Origin: Phoronis australis
Taxonomy: Eukaryota > Animalia > Phoronida
Direction of reading: 5' to 3'
Assembly (NCBI GenBank): GCA_002633005.1
Contig: NMRA01000761.1
Span: 68,015-132,014 of the forward strand
Length of the DNA stretch: 64,000 nt
Each line of letters opens with the position of its first letter. Position 1 is the stretch's first letter. This document shows positions 55,001 to 64,000 of the stretch, in pieces. The notes under the pieces were generated by a model. The model did not search any database and was not told the origin of the DNA. It saw only the letters and a list, made by a program, of their open reading frames with translations. Position numbers and translations under genes: made by a program.

Positions 55001-58000
55001 ACCTTGCTCATGCGGCATAATTTTTGAAACTTTGTCATACGTTTGCTGCGGTGGAAAATTGAATGTGGAAAAGCAAGTCATTTTGTTGCTACAAATGTGT
55101 TGTGCATATATCAGCCTTATTTTGTCCTAAATTGATCTTGCCATACTCATAAGTCTGTTCCCTGTGCCATATTCATGTTTCGTTGTCGTAATTTTACTCC
55201 TGGGACCCATTTTTGTCGAAGGCCGTATGTTCAGTCTCAGCTTTGACACCGCATCTTGGTCCAGAATCATATCTCCAAATACTTGACTCCAAAGTCAGAC
55301 TCGACTGCAAGTTTACTTGAAGTGCAACACACGATTCGACAATTTCCAAGTTGAGTACAGAAATTAGACCTTGCAGGTCCCCGGTCCTAAAGTTTTATGC
55401 AAATGCACTAAGTTGATTTACGTGAAGACATTAGTTTTGTGTCATTCCAGTCTATAGTTACAGGTCTTGCATTATGGGCAATTGCAACATTTAATTTGTG
55501 TAAAACTCACAATGCGGTGTTAGAAGTCACTTGCCCCTAATTGTCTTCACTATGACAGATTAATTGTCCATACAATGAACAAAGACATCACTCATTTCTC
55601 TGTTTCTACAGCAGGTCTCATGGCATTCTGGAACTAAAATGAAGCTACTTGTCTATGATGATGTATCAAATGGAGCATTGTCTACGTTTCTGTGGGAATG
55701 ATTTTAGTTTTAGGCATATACCAACATTTAAAAAAACTCGAAAATTTTAAATAAATTAAGTAAATATAGCACTTAAGTGTGTGCCTGAGTGCAGTGGTTT
55801 TCAAAGGTCATTAAGGTTTGTTGCAGTTGCAGCTCAAATCGGTAATCCCGAATCAAATAAGCGATAAATAATTTTAAAAACCAGCTAATGTTTTTATTTT
55901 AGGTCTCTTCGTGTCTTGTCTTTTTTGAAAGAATCTTCGCTGTCATATAGGTCTTGGGGGGATAAATGCTCCACAAATGGTCTTTCAATTTTACTTACAG
56001 CTGTAAACCCATGAACTGTCATCACAGACAATTGACCTTTTAAATCTGACTGGTGCTTATTGCTGGATATCCCCATTACCATTAACATTTTATTTGACCT
56101 CTGTACAACTGTACAAACAAGCCTTTAGGATCCTGGCTAATGAGGAATGTTTTATAACCTCCTGTTGGATTTAAATGACCACATCCAAAATAGAACTGGC
56201 ATTCTTAAATGTCACTGTGTTTTGTTCTCATTGTAAATATTCTGAGAATAGTGTATTTCCGTCATCAGTCTCAGGTGTGCAGAAAGTTTTCTCCTGCTGT
56301 GATGGTTAACACAGAGTTCTCCTCCACCTTGGAAGATCCTGGAGATTTGGAGATAATTATGGGTTGTTCATCCTAACCTGTTTAAATATTCATTATGTTA
56401 CCAATGGCCAAGTCAACAATTGGCTTGGTCTAATGATTCTAGCCGTTATCTGGTCGTATGGCTTCCATGACTTAGGCAGCTTCAATTGACAGGGAACAGT
56501 GTTTTTTTATTGATAGGTCTATCAACATTCTGATGGAGGTTACTACTACAATTTTCGCAAAAATTAACTGAATTCCTCTCCTGAAGTGTAACAGAATTGG
56601 GAATCACTTATGGTTTATCTGCTTTTGTTTTTATTTTTTATTTTCCGTCGTCCATGTTGATCACTAACGACGTGTTTTCGTTCATCATAAATCGTTGGTA
56701 CTATTTGTCATTGCTGTGAATACTACGACGTAGGTGCAGATTTTTTGCCGCCACGTAGAACGGATTTAGTCCTAGATCTGTACACAGGGGTCTCTTCATG
56801 TTACACCAACTTGCCCACTCCTTTGTGCCAGTCTAATCGGTTGTCCCTCTGCTACATTTTCAGGCACACTAAAAAATTACGTGCAGTACTTTAAAGTGTG
56901 CTTAACTCTCATTGACCTTTGACTCTTTATTGCCAATTACTAACCCATGACCTTTGATTGGCAGGTTGCTCAACAATCCCGGCGACCAGCACGCTTGCAG
57001 AAGTCGGTGACAGTAGCCGTTGATGAGAATATTGGCGCCCGCTTGCCCCACGCCCAGAACAAGGTAGGTAGGTCCAGAGCAAAGCACTGGTATCTAGTTG
57101 CTTTCCTCTCGTCTCTTCACACTAGCAGTAATGCATTTCGTATTTTCGACCTTAAAGGCGAAGGCAACCTTTTTCCATGCCATTTTGAGCTAAAATAAGG
57201 TTGGTTGGTTATCCTAGACATATTTTTCACTTAATTACAGCTTTTCGTAATTTTATTAATTATTCGTCCGCTTTTCCGGAAGTGACGTTTTAGGAGGCAA
57301 GCGCTTCCCGCCAATTTCTTTTCACATAGTCTGACTGTGAGAGCTGCCGAGTCAGTCATTGTTCTACCTCGGTTGTGTTAAGTTCCGTCGTCGTTCGCTT
57401 TCATTTACTAGTCAGTCAACATGCCACACTGTTGCTGCGTACCGGGATGTAGTAATTATCGGCTCACGCGCGCTTTGGGAGTGCCTTTGCATCGCTTTCC
57501 GATGGATGACGCACTTCGCCGTACTTGGCTCATTCGTGTGAAGAACNCTAGGAGGCCGTTTCATCAAAAGTCGTATGTCCTGTCATAGCTAAGACTGTCG
57601 TACCACAATTTTTATCGGCACGCTTTTTTTAACACTGGTTTATGGGAATGTTTGTTGTGTGTGGGGGTGTTACACTCTGCAGTACTGTTGTGTTCTTGTT
57701 TACAAATGCGCTGTTTGGTTTGTGTCTAGACCACAACTTCGTCTTTTCTAACACGCATCCACGACTGTCTCTGCAACGAACCATCTTTGACGAAGTGATT
57801 CGCTGATGTCTTAATGCCTGCAGTCTGTTGACCTATGACTTGTCCAATTAGTAGCGCAAACACTCTGACCCTGGCCACAGTCCAGTTTCCTCGTTTTTTT
57901 GTTGTGTTTGCTCAGTATATTGGATTTCAGAAACATGACAGTGTAAATTACTACAATAATCACCTCCCTAATGTTGAATGCAAAGCCAATGTCAGGGGAA

Positions 58001-61000
58001 TAATAATCGGCTGTGAAGTAAGTCTGTATAATGATGGCTGATATGTATTATTCACTGAAATCAACACCAACACCGACGTTGAATGTCCTTGATAGCACTG
58101 ACACACTAAAACTCCCCTCGGACTGTTCAAACTCGTACATAAAATTGATGCAGTGGACAACGGTCAGTTGCATTAGCGGGCAATTTGAGCTAAAAAAGCT
58201 AAAAGCATGCGTTGATTGCGACACGGTCCATCAATTTTCAAATTATGACGTGCATTTCCAGCATTCATTTAGTTCCCATTCGGTTTCAATATGTTGTTCA
58301 GAATTCTGAGATCTTAGTGGGAACTACATTGGTGTGCCAGTGCCCCATAATGTCCTACGTTTAGGGTAGATTCTTGTTCTGTTTCTTTTTTTGCGAGAAG
58401 TACGTGGGCATCGATCGGTTTTACTAACTCTTTTATGGATTATTTTATTTTGAAAGCAGTCCACGATAGTTCCAGGCATAATCAATATTCTTAATCAGTC
58501 ACTTCTAGTAGTTTCAGTTGTTTCAAAATGTGCGCGCGACTCTTTCAGAAAATAATGTTCAATTTTTGTCCCAAGTAAGAAATTTAACATCATTTTGGAC
58601 TAACAGTTTTCTGATAATTTTGAGTTTAAAAGTGTTATTTTCTGTCCGGTTTACTGTTAGCTGTTATTTTAAAACAACTCACAAATTCACAAAATTTGAC
58701 ACATATTTGAAAACTACCTGTATCCCGGGAAACCACTCTTGAGTTAGTCTCATTGGTGAAGCACATGCTGTTTTCAAGGTTAATTATTTATTGCGGTTGA
58801 CTGAGTTCAATCATTGTCTGCAAATACAGCTGTCGTTTGACATAAACAGCTATTGGAGGAAAAAACGTTACGGTTCGCTGTACTTCTTTAATGTCTCGGA
58901 AATAACGGGCAGTCAGACTCGGAAACGCTCCGATTAGAACGTATTAATTATGCATTCTTTTTAAAGTGTTATGCGTTTTCACGTGTCATGTAAAGCAATC
59001 AACATGAAAATGCCATTTCGGATTTTGAGGTCATCCGTCCTAGCTTTTTGATGTTTTGCTTGTAAACAGAAAACAAACTGATGGGTTATATAATGAGTTT
59101 TGTGTGTATTTTCTAAAAGATTTAGTGTTGTGGTTCTGTGTTGCCATTGTTACCATGGTGTTCATTTTTGTTGCCTAGGTGATATCCCCTGAAGGGGAGG
59201 AGGAAAACTTCTTTGACTTGCTCACCAAATTCCAGGGACGTCGTCTTGACGACCAGAGATCATCATTTCGGTTGATTGAAAACCGACCCGTGGCAACTGC
59301 AGCACCACCTAGTGGTGCTAGCAATCATACCAACCACAGTGAGTAACCATGTAAATTGTACACAATACAATACTTCTGGTGTCTTGCTCCGATATGTAAT
59401 TGATTTTGTTTGGCCTTTTTCTATAGAGGACACTAAAGACAAAGTTCTTTATTTTTAACATCCAGAAACATACACAGGCGATTGGACCTTCTATTTCTCA
59501 TATATGAAGCACTGCATTTTGTTGTCAACAGTCTGAGAATAAAGTCTTTGAATTTGGCATCATGGTGTGTAACAGCTGCATAAATGATGATATGGTGTTG
59601 ATCGTAAATCCAGAATTTTGGACAGTCCACATTGCCTGAAAGTTTCTAAAAGTTGGAACAAATCCTAGAACAAAATATAATCAATTTTCCTTTGTTCGTA
59701 ACTGAAGAACTTCTACGGCGATAATTATTCTTTAAGTGGATATTGGAGATGCTATCCATGTAAGCTAGATTAAGGAGATGTCGCACTGACCTCATTTTGA
59801 TCTCGCCCACTTTATTTTTAGTCACGTTAGCGCCAGAGGAAGTATTTACTCGAGGTCAGCTGTGTTTATTAAAGACAAATTGTGTTGTTATACAAATAGG
59901 TACTCTTCTACTGTAACAATGATTGATGGCGCTGTTATTGTTCAAATCAGTTGGATAGAGATAAAGTGTACTGTGTAATGTGCAACGATCGGTCGTTAGA
60001 CGGATGACAATTCAGGTGAAATAAGTCACGTAGGTGATAACTATCTGCCTTCGCTTCTAAGGATTAAGTTGGTCAAATGCCCAGTATTCGGACAAGCTTG
60101 GCTGGAGCCCTTCTTGTTCGCACTATGAATGTGTGCCTATGATGGCTTGTTGATTATATACTTGCTGAGTGCCACAGTACATTGGTGATATGCTTTATGC
60201 TTGTACTTTGGACGATTAACAGGTAAAGCAAGGCTTTGAGGGACTGCAGATCACAAGTAAAATACGATCTGTGATGGGTGTTCAGTCCTTGTCTTTTTAA
60301 TGTGAATTTCAGTTTTATTTGGAATCACTGGTTATCATGGAAACTTCATTGCAGGACCATGTTTTTTCGTCTCAAAACCGTGAGACGAAAATAGGTGTGT
60401 AATGAAAAGATATGTTAAGACGAATGAGCTTGGGTATCACAGGGAGGAAATTACCATAATGTGGCCTTCAATCATTGTTAAGTGTTTAGAAACACCGTCA
60501 ACGTCTCAATGGAACCTGAACACATTGTATTTAAAAGGATACTGAATTCCATTTTGATGATTTCAGCCAATCCTCTCTCATTCCCCTTCTGAAGTGTCAT
60601 TGGCGCCAATCCTGAAAGATAAAATCAGGAATCCACTAAAAAGTCGTACTCCCTATGTCACAAATTGGGTATTGTGATTCTTGGTGGGTGGTCTTTCTCC
60701 ACAGTAGCCTTTTAACTTGCTAAAAGTGTAAATCACGCTTGTCATTTAGCAGACTTTGAAAGGAGTTTTTCAAATTTTCCTCCAAACCTTTGGGGATTGT
60801 CGAGGGTTTTAGAGCAATAAAATTTGTTTCGTGGAATTTTATGGGAATGTCGTTTTTAATATCTGTTGATAGGCCAAAACTAGGCTTGGTATCTGTTTAA
60901 GTATTTCATGCATTTTCGGTACTATTTCTCAGCCACAACAAAAGCGAAAGACGAAATCATGGACATGGTTGCCGGCATACAGAGCTCGCGAATCAATGAC

Positions 61001-61808
61001 CAGCGGGCGGCAGCGCCAACCCAGTTCCCGGGACTGAATAGCCAGGACGTGATTGGACAGCTTTTGGCCAATAGCAACAATTCAAACTCCAATGTGCCAG
61101 ATGATAATTTTTTTGAGATGCTCATGAGATGTCAGGTAGGTGGTTTTATTCCCTGAAGTATCATCAGTTCTTACCTTTCTGTGCACAATATTGCTGAAAA
61201 GTGGATTCGATTTTGTTAAGACTGGATTTTGCCTTATTTAGGTGGCTAGAAGCGGAAGTCAAATTGGGCCTTTTTGGTCTTATCCCTTTACCAAGTTTCA
61301 CTGGCAATGCCATGTGTGTCATTTTGAAACCTGTAGCATTTTCTTGAGTGACTGGTGGTTTCGATTTTTTGTTCATAACGGAACTGAAATCCTGTTGTGG
61401 TGAGGAATGTTTTGAGACCCAAGTGTATGAGAATAAAAGGCTTAATTTGATTTTCGTCTTCAGCATTTCAGATCCAAACTATTATTCATCAGTGAACTCG
61501 AAAACTAAATAAAATAGGAGGGCTTCTACACTCAAGGTTTGAGCACTACCCATCCTACATTGTAAAGTGAAGAATTTTCACTGTAGTATTATTTGTCATT
61601 TTTTCAGTCGTCACGAATTGATGAGCAGCGGAGTACAATTCAACCACAGAACCACGTGCGGTCTGCGCCGACCGTGCCGGACGAGGACTTTTTCACGTTG
61701 ATACAGAAAGTTCAGTCAAGCCGCTTGGAGGAACAGCGGACAACACTGCCCTCTGGAGAGAAAACTGCAAATACTGATGCGGGGACTAAGCCTGCGAAGA
61801 AGAAATAG
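6873..61808 (+). CDS. GPSM2: G-protein-signaling modulator (GPSM2/LGN, AGS3/GPSM1, Pins family), TPR repeats + 4 GoLoco motifs. Spliced CDS join(6873..7093,13337..13472,14594..14736,15493..15616,27056..27171,28320..28584,36575..36681,38602..38621?,48486..48544,56965..57063,59179..59338,60933..61135,61608..61808), ~617 aa
   Basis: Exon translations match the LGN/AGS3 family in collinear order: MEGSCLELALEGERLC, repeated LGN TPR motifs, RRKSMENLELM, and four (D/E)QR GoLoco motifs. All introns are GT-AG. Exon lengths sum to 1854 nt (divisible by 3) when the 20-nt microexon is included. GPSM1 versus GPSM2 cannot be resolved for an invertebrate-type ortholog. Confidence 0.95.
7565..10157. mobile_element. 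~2.6-kb non-autonomous Tc1/mariner-pogo-like DNA transposon, TA target duplication
   Basis: TIRs TA|CCGCAAACGTTCGGGTTAACGCCC and reverse complement TA|CCGTTAACGTTCAGGTAAACGCCC (22/26). Multiple subterminal TTAACCGCCC/TAAGCGCCC repeats at both ends. No transposase ORF recognised. Confidence 0.8.
7925..8480 (+). mobile_element. Helentron-associated (HINE/DINE-1-like) element nested in the pogo-like element, truncated at a scaffold N
   Basis: T-run, then hairpin ATGCGCCCACATAT-TT-ATATGTGGACGCAT (7930-7959), (CCGT)n microsatellite, and ~130-150-bp core repeats TATCT..AAA...TGAAA(T/A)TTGG. This is the recognised architecture of DINE-1/HINE elements. Confidence 0.65.
13337..13472 (+). CDS. GPSM2: GPSM2-like coding exon 2 (TMGDKTGQAKASGNLGNTLKALGKYDEAVVCCQHHLELARDLNDK)
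   Basis: Acceptor cctttcag|A, donor AAG|gtctgt, phase 2 to 0, TPR with NLGN motif. Confidence 0.95.
14020..14447. mobile_element. ~430-bp MITE (Tc1/mariner-pogo-like, TA TSD)
   Basis: TIRs TA|CCGAGATTTTCCGTAGATAAGCTCA and reverse complement TA|CCGGGATTATCCGCAGATAAGCCCA (23/27). Internal ATGGGCGT(T/G)TATT repeats. Confidence 0.8.
14594..14736 (+). CDS. GPSM2: GPSM2-like coding exon 3 (VGEARALYNLGNVYHAKGKHTGRYTHHDPGAFPDEVRDSLQRAADFYE)
   Basis: Acceptor ttttgcctgcag|G, donor GA|gtaagt, phase 0 to 2. Not in the ORF track; translated by hand. Confidence 0.95.
15493..15616 (+). CDS. GPSM2: GPSM2-like coding exon 4 (QNLQIVQELCDRSAQGRACGNLGNTHYLLGNFSQAISYHLE)
   Basis: Acceptor tattacag|G, donor GAG|gtgagt, phase 2 to 0, TPR motif. 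Confidence 0.95.
19537..21166 (-). mobile_element. Probable HINE/Helentron-like repeat in reverse orientation; boundaries approximate
   Basis: Starts AACTAGA followed by a ~100-bp hairpin (19558-19655). Internal AAAATGGCGG/AAGATGGCGG repeats, a 60-bp direct repeat (20878 and 21036) and (CAT/CGT)n microsatellite-like tracts. Confidence 0.4.
21371..21962. mobile_element. ~590-bp MITE with 20-bp TIRs and 8-10-bp target site duplication
   Basis: TIRs CTCGCTGGTTCCCTCCGTGC and reverse complement CTCGCTGGTTCCTTGCGTGC. Flanked on both sides by ACATAGAGCT (21361-21370, 21963-21972). Confidence 0.85.
21963..22116. repeat. Degenerate ~54-bp tandem repeat, ~3 copies
   Basis: Units (C/A)TAG..CTGATAGCA.CA.CACCTTGTGGGGAA..GGA.ACCAGTA.TTTTC. 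Confidence 0.65.
25100..25700 (-). mobile_element. Heavily degraded 3' fragment of an RTE-type LINE
   Basis: Frameshifted minus-strand translations (NEIAITIA, SFVNAKK, QTTILVQHLE...TGEQHHC) resemble, in order, the RTE ORF C-terminus (EIRIRIA, TVKRRK, KTILQGTLEG..RRGRQRKC). Judged by eye only. Confidence 0.4.
27056..27171 (+). CDS. GPSM2: GPSM2-like coding exon 5 (RLAIAREFGDKSAERRAYSNLGNAHIFLGEFEVAADQYK)
   Basis: Acceptor ctactttcag|A, donor AA|gtgagt, phase 0 to 2. Confidence 0.95.
28320..28584 (+). CDS. GPSM2: GPSM2-like coding exon 6 (QTLQIAKQLGDLALEAQACYSLGNTYTLLRDYEAAVEYHVRHLRIAQELKDRVGEGRACWSLGNAHTALGNHEKAVHFAKRHYDISRE)
   Basis: Acceptor ctctgtattgcag|A, donor GAG|gtgagt, phase 2 to 0, two TPRs. 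Confidence 0.96.
31255..31334. repeat. 2 x 40-bp tandem duplication
   Basis: ACACAGTATT(C/T)CTAATATTTTCTCTTATCTAAATTTCA(C/T)T twice. Confidence 0.85.
33860..34020 (-). mobile_element. Short degraded RTE-like LINE 3' end
   Basis: Minus-strand translation QLI*EEDGKFEQELDNYYGDRGEWTR resembles the RTE terminal QL.EDTG...EL..AM.DR..WR motif. Confidence 0.3.
36575..36681 (+). CDS. GPSM2: GPSM2-like coding exon 7 (IGDETGAGTAQMNLADLRTVLGINSSTNVSIDDTD), TPR capping helix
   Basis: Acceptor ttttttcttcag|A, donor AG|gtgagt (phase 2). Matches the GD..G..TA..NL.DL..VLG segment that ends the LGN TPR array. Confidence 0.9.
36785..37150 (+). mobile_element. Two decayed copies (approx. 36785-36905 and 37012-37150) of the tRNA-like repeat family seen intact at 53560-53738
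   Basis: Collinear similarity to the reverse complement of 53560-53738: AAGC..CTG..CAGTTA...GTT(C/T)GAAC...GGGCA.AG.TC.T.TCA.ACT.AACTATA...CA(C/T)GTGATGTG..CAAC. Confidence 0.6.
37283..37828. mobile_element. ~545-bp hAT-like MITE
   Basis: TIRs CAGGCCTTTATCCA and reverse complement CAGGCCTTTATGCA. 8-bp TSD GTAGTGGT/GTAGTAGT (7/8). Subterminal GGGCGTCC repeats. Contains an N-joined ~55-bp duplication at 37435. Confidence 0.8.
38602..38621 (+). CDS. GPSM2: Candidate 20-nt microexon of the GPSM2-like linker (S-ARLLEL-G)
   Basis: Pyrimidine tract ctttgcccttatattttccaaag|, strong donor TAG|gtaagg. Its 3n+2 length converts the phase-2 donor at 36681 to the phase-1 acceptor at 48486 with no stop. 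Inferred, not proven. Confidence 0.5.
46210..46647. mobile_element. Foldback-type element, ~200-bp inverted arms around a 36-bp spacer
   Basis: ACACGGTCAACGGACTCATAAACAC... (46226) mirrors ...GTGTTTATGAGTCCGTTGACCGTGT (46631). Arms are built of ~21-bp ACACGG..CACGGACTCA subrepeats. Spacer 46419-46454. Possible TAT duplication at the ends. Confidence 0.88.
48486..48544 (+). CDS. GPSM2: GPSM2-like linker exon (GRLRRKSMENLELMKMTPDK) with the conserved phospho-Ser motif
   Basis: Acceptor tttctgccgtgcag|GT (phase 1), donor AAG|gtaggc. RRKSMENLELM corresponds to the LGN/Pins linker motif (RRHSMENMELM in LGN) whose phosphoserine binds the Dlg GK domain. Confidence 0.92.
48533..49270 (+). repeat. 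46-bp minisatellite, ~16 copies plus the exon junction, with degenerate remnants to ~49650
   Basis: Consensus CCACTCCTCCTGATAAAGTAGGCAGTTCCTCCAGTGATAACATAGA. Perfect 46-bp periodicity at 49109/49155/49201; some 43-bp variants. Confidence 0.95.
51280..51330. repeat. 2 x 23-bp tandem duplication
   Basis: GTTAGATGCT(G/T)CCCATGAACGTT twice plus a partial third copy. Confidence 0.8.
52334..52372. repeat. 3 x 13-bp tandem repeat TGATATATTTGGG
   Basis: Seen directly. Confidence 0.85.
53560..53738 (-). mobile_element. ~180-bp element with ~42-bp inverted arms enclosing a tRNA-like (B-box/T-arm) core
   Basis: Arms TTTAGGTCTGCTCTACACGCCACCTGTTGGCCACAACACGTG and reverse complement TTTAGTCTGGTCTGCACGCCACCTGTTGGCCACATCACATG. 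The minus-strand core reads GGTCCAAGTCCCGGTCGGGGGCA. Confidence 0.7.
56965..57063 (+). CDS. GPSM2: GPSM2-like linker exon (VAQQSRRPARLQKSVTVAVDENIGARLPHAQNK)
   Basis: Acceptor gattggcag|G, donor AAG|gtaggt. 99 nt, phase 0 to 0, GC-rich coding-like island. The tail ARLPHAQNK resembles the LGN linker just before GoLoco1. Confidence 0.78.
59179..59338 (+). CDS. GPSM2: GPSM2-like exon with GoLoco motif 1 (VISPEGEEENFFDLLTKFQGRRLDDQRSSFRLIENRPVATAAPPSGASNHTNH)
   Basis: Acceptor ttgttgcctag|G, donor CA|gtgagt, phase 0 to 1, canonical FFDLL...Q..RLDDQR GoLoco. Confidence 0.94.
60933..61135 (+). CDS. GPSM2: GPSM2-like exon with GoLoco 2 and the first half of GoLoco 3
   Basis: Acceptor ctatttctcag|CC (phase 1), donor CAG|gtaggt. 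Encodes DEIMDMVAGIQSSRINDQR and DDNFFEMLMRCQ. Confidence 0.93.
61608..61808 (+). CDS. GPSM2: GPSM2-like terminal coding exon, end of GoLoco 3 and GoLoco 4 (SSRIDEQR...PTVPDEDFFTLIQKVQSSRLEEQR...PAKKK*)
   Basis: Acceptor tcattttttcag|T, TAG stop at 61806-61808, PTVPDEDFF signature of the last LGN/AGS3 GoLoco. Confidence 0.95.
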   Translation, partial: SSRIDEQRSTIQPQNHVRSAPTVPDEDFFTLIQKVQSSRLEEQRTTLPSGEKTANTDAGTKPAKKK

Positions 61809-64000
61809 TGCCGTGGTAGCGTTGTTTGGCGTGTGTGTATATATTGGCTACAGAGTTTGTCTTTCTTCCAGTGGCCAAAATATGTGAAGATAATATGAGG
61901 AGTCAAAGGGTGGTTTGTCCAGAGACCACCGACTGTATTGGATGACATATGACATCATAAATCGAACTCTAAGGGGAAAGAGGAATTTGTTCTGACGGAG
62001 ACGTGCTCAAGTGCTGTAAACAGTGTTTTAGCAGTGGGTGTTATTTTAGTAGTGAAGCTCAAACAGAGGCGTTATGTTACAAACCAAGTTTGAAAGGAGG
62101 TTGACAAGTATGAACAAGGTTTTAAGAGAAGGGATCTTTGGGCCGTAACTGTGTAAATATTACTGGTTCAAGTACTGTGTTTCGTGCTTATTTTTGATGG
62201 CATGCTATTCTCAGAATTTATCACAGTGCAGCAGAGTATGAAGGCTTGCGCTGTGAAGCTGCTTGCGGATTTAGAGTAACGCAATACATTAATGAAATGT
62301 GCGTACTGAGGTCTGGATTTGTGTGAAGCAGGCGAGAGGTTAGCACATTTATTTAGCCTGATCTCTTCTGATGGAAAGTTAAAGTTGCATCTCATCTTGC
62401 TGAGCTGGCTAAAAATCGAAAATCAAATTTTTATTTTTATTCTCTTAAAGTTGATTTCATAGTTTTCCTTCACAGTGATATAATTTGTTTTCCTTTACCA
62501 ACATGAAAGTTGAAAACATCAGTGACTAAAGGAAAATGTTTCTGGGCTTTTTTGTGTTGGCCTAAGCTAACATAGCATATTTGAAAATGGCACACATGTG
62601 CGCATTGGATGTGACTTGACTTGCCCGTTCACTGGGCAGCAATGTTTTTGAACTTCGAATGGGTTTGGTTAAGACATCTACATCGACAGGTAACCAGCAG
62701 TGAAATGGTCCTTTAAGTGTTAGGACCACAAAGAATGTTGAATAAGTGAAATATCACCAATTTTGGAAGGAATTTACAGCTTATATGAATGATAGATAGG
62801 GCCAAATAATGCTTTGCCAGTTTCGAGGTCTTGATCTACCGTCAGACAATATTTCGATAAATTATGGCCATTCATTACAGGGTTAGAAGCCTTAAAGATG
62901 GAAAAAGTCGATCTAACCATCGTTTGTGTCCAAAATTGATGAGATTTTACCTGATACACTGATGTGTGATGTGGAGTCTGTTGAAATATTTATGAGTTTA
63001 CAACTACGCGTGGTCAGAGCTGATGGTCTGTAAGAAATCTGCGGACGGGTAAACATGCATACCATAGTCATTTGGACTAGAAGTTGGGCAGGGTTAAATT
63101 GAGAAACTCGAAGAAAGTCTGGGTGTTAAGGCGCACGCGACAGAACATGAGCTCTCAAAACTGAAATATTGCTATAGAATGTGGGCAGGGTGTTCGCAGA
63201 AATTTTAAGAAAGATTCACAGTTTTCATCGAAATTTGTCTGCCTTTGTCGAAGTGGCAAAAACCAAAAAAGGGAAGCCAGAAGAAAATTTACAACAGCCA
63301 ATCACTTAATTAACAAGTCACTTAACTTAAATATCTCTTAATTAAGAAATGTAAATTTTTTATTCAAAATTTTGCTAATTTTCCATGAGAAGAGATTGCG
63401 TCAATTGTTTGTGAAAATTGCTGTTAGTAGAACACGGGGGTTTATCAAGATAAATACTGTGGTTGTTGCCGTGGCGACAGTGATGTCACAGTAATACTTA
63501 GTCTTGGTAGTGTCTCATTTAGATGTTGTTCAGGTATAATGTGTTGTACAAAGACAGCGATAATTGGAGTGTGAAATCGGAGAAAGGCATTGTTGTTGAA
63601 GTTGACCTATATGCACTGATGATTTTATCGTCCGTGGGTACTTAACTCTGTTGCAACAATGCTGTGAGGTGACTCATTTCAAAGTTGTCAAATTTTGTGT
63701 TCAGTTGTTAACAATTTGAATAGTTTTTATCGCCACAAACTTTTCACATTGGAAACTGTCCCAGTGTATCGTTGTCTGTTAACAGAGGGCGCCCACGCTT
63801 TGATTGCAATGTGTCACTTTGCAGTATTCAAATTAGCATTCAACTTGCAATAATGTAAAGTTCACAGCACGTGTGCGCCCATGTGCCATGTGGCGCACAA
63901 AGTTTTCTTCCAGATGCAGGAAAAGACATGCTTTTGGACTGATTAACTTGTTTTTGTTAGTAAGTTCTAAAACTGTCATATTGTGACATGATACATAACT

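Noticed and set aside
1466-62959. Remaining short six-frame ORFs (60-140 aa)
   Set aside because: Intronic or repeat-derived, many with non-ATG starts and no recognisable domains; consistent with chance.
61809-64000. Poly(A) signal / gene end
   Set aside because: No convincing AATAAA found by eye; the 3'UTR may extend past the window or use a variant signal.

Overview
Eukaryotic (animal, probably invertebrate bilaterian) AT-rich genomic DNA. Almost the whole window is one + strand multi-exon gene of the GPSM1/GPSM2 (AGS3/LGN/Pins) family, running from ATG 6873 to TAG 61808. It has N-terminal LGN-type TPR repeats, the conserved RRKSMENL linker and four GoLoco motifs. Twelve coding exons are traceable by homology or GT-AG phase. 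The frame only closes if a 3n+2 exon lies in the 36682-48485 intron; a 20-nt microexon candidate at 38602-38621 gives a 1854-nt CDS (617 aa). The introns contain non-autonomous mobile elements (TA-targeting MITEs, an hAT-like MITE, Helentron/DINE-like elements, a foldback element, degraded RTE-like LINE fragments) and single-N scaffold joins with duplicated flanks. Three observations stand out: (1) a 46-bp minisatellite built from an exon/5' splice-site junction, whose proximal copies lack the GT; (2) a microexon cluster in the TPR-GoLoco linker; (3) a small repeat family combining a tRNA-like core with inverted arms carrying divergent CTCF-like motifs. All calls were made by eye, with no database searches.
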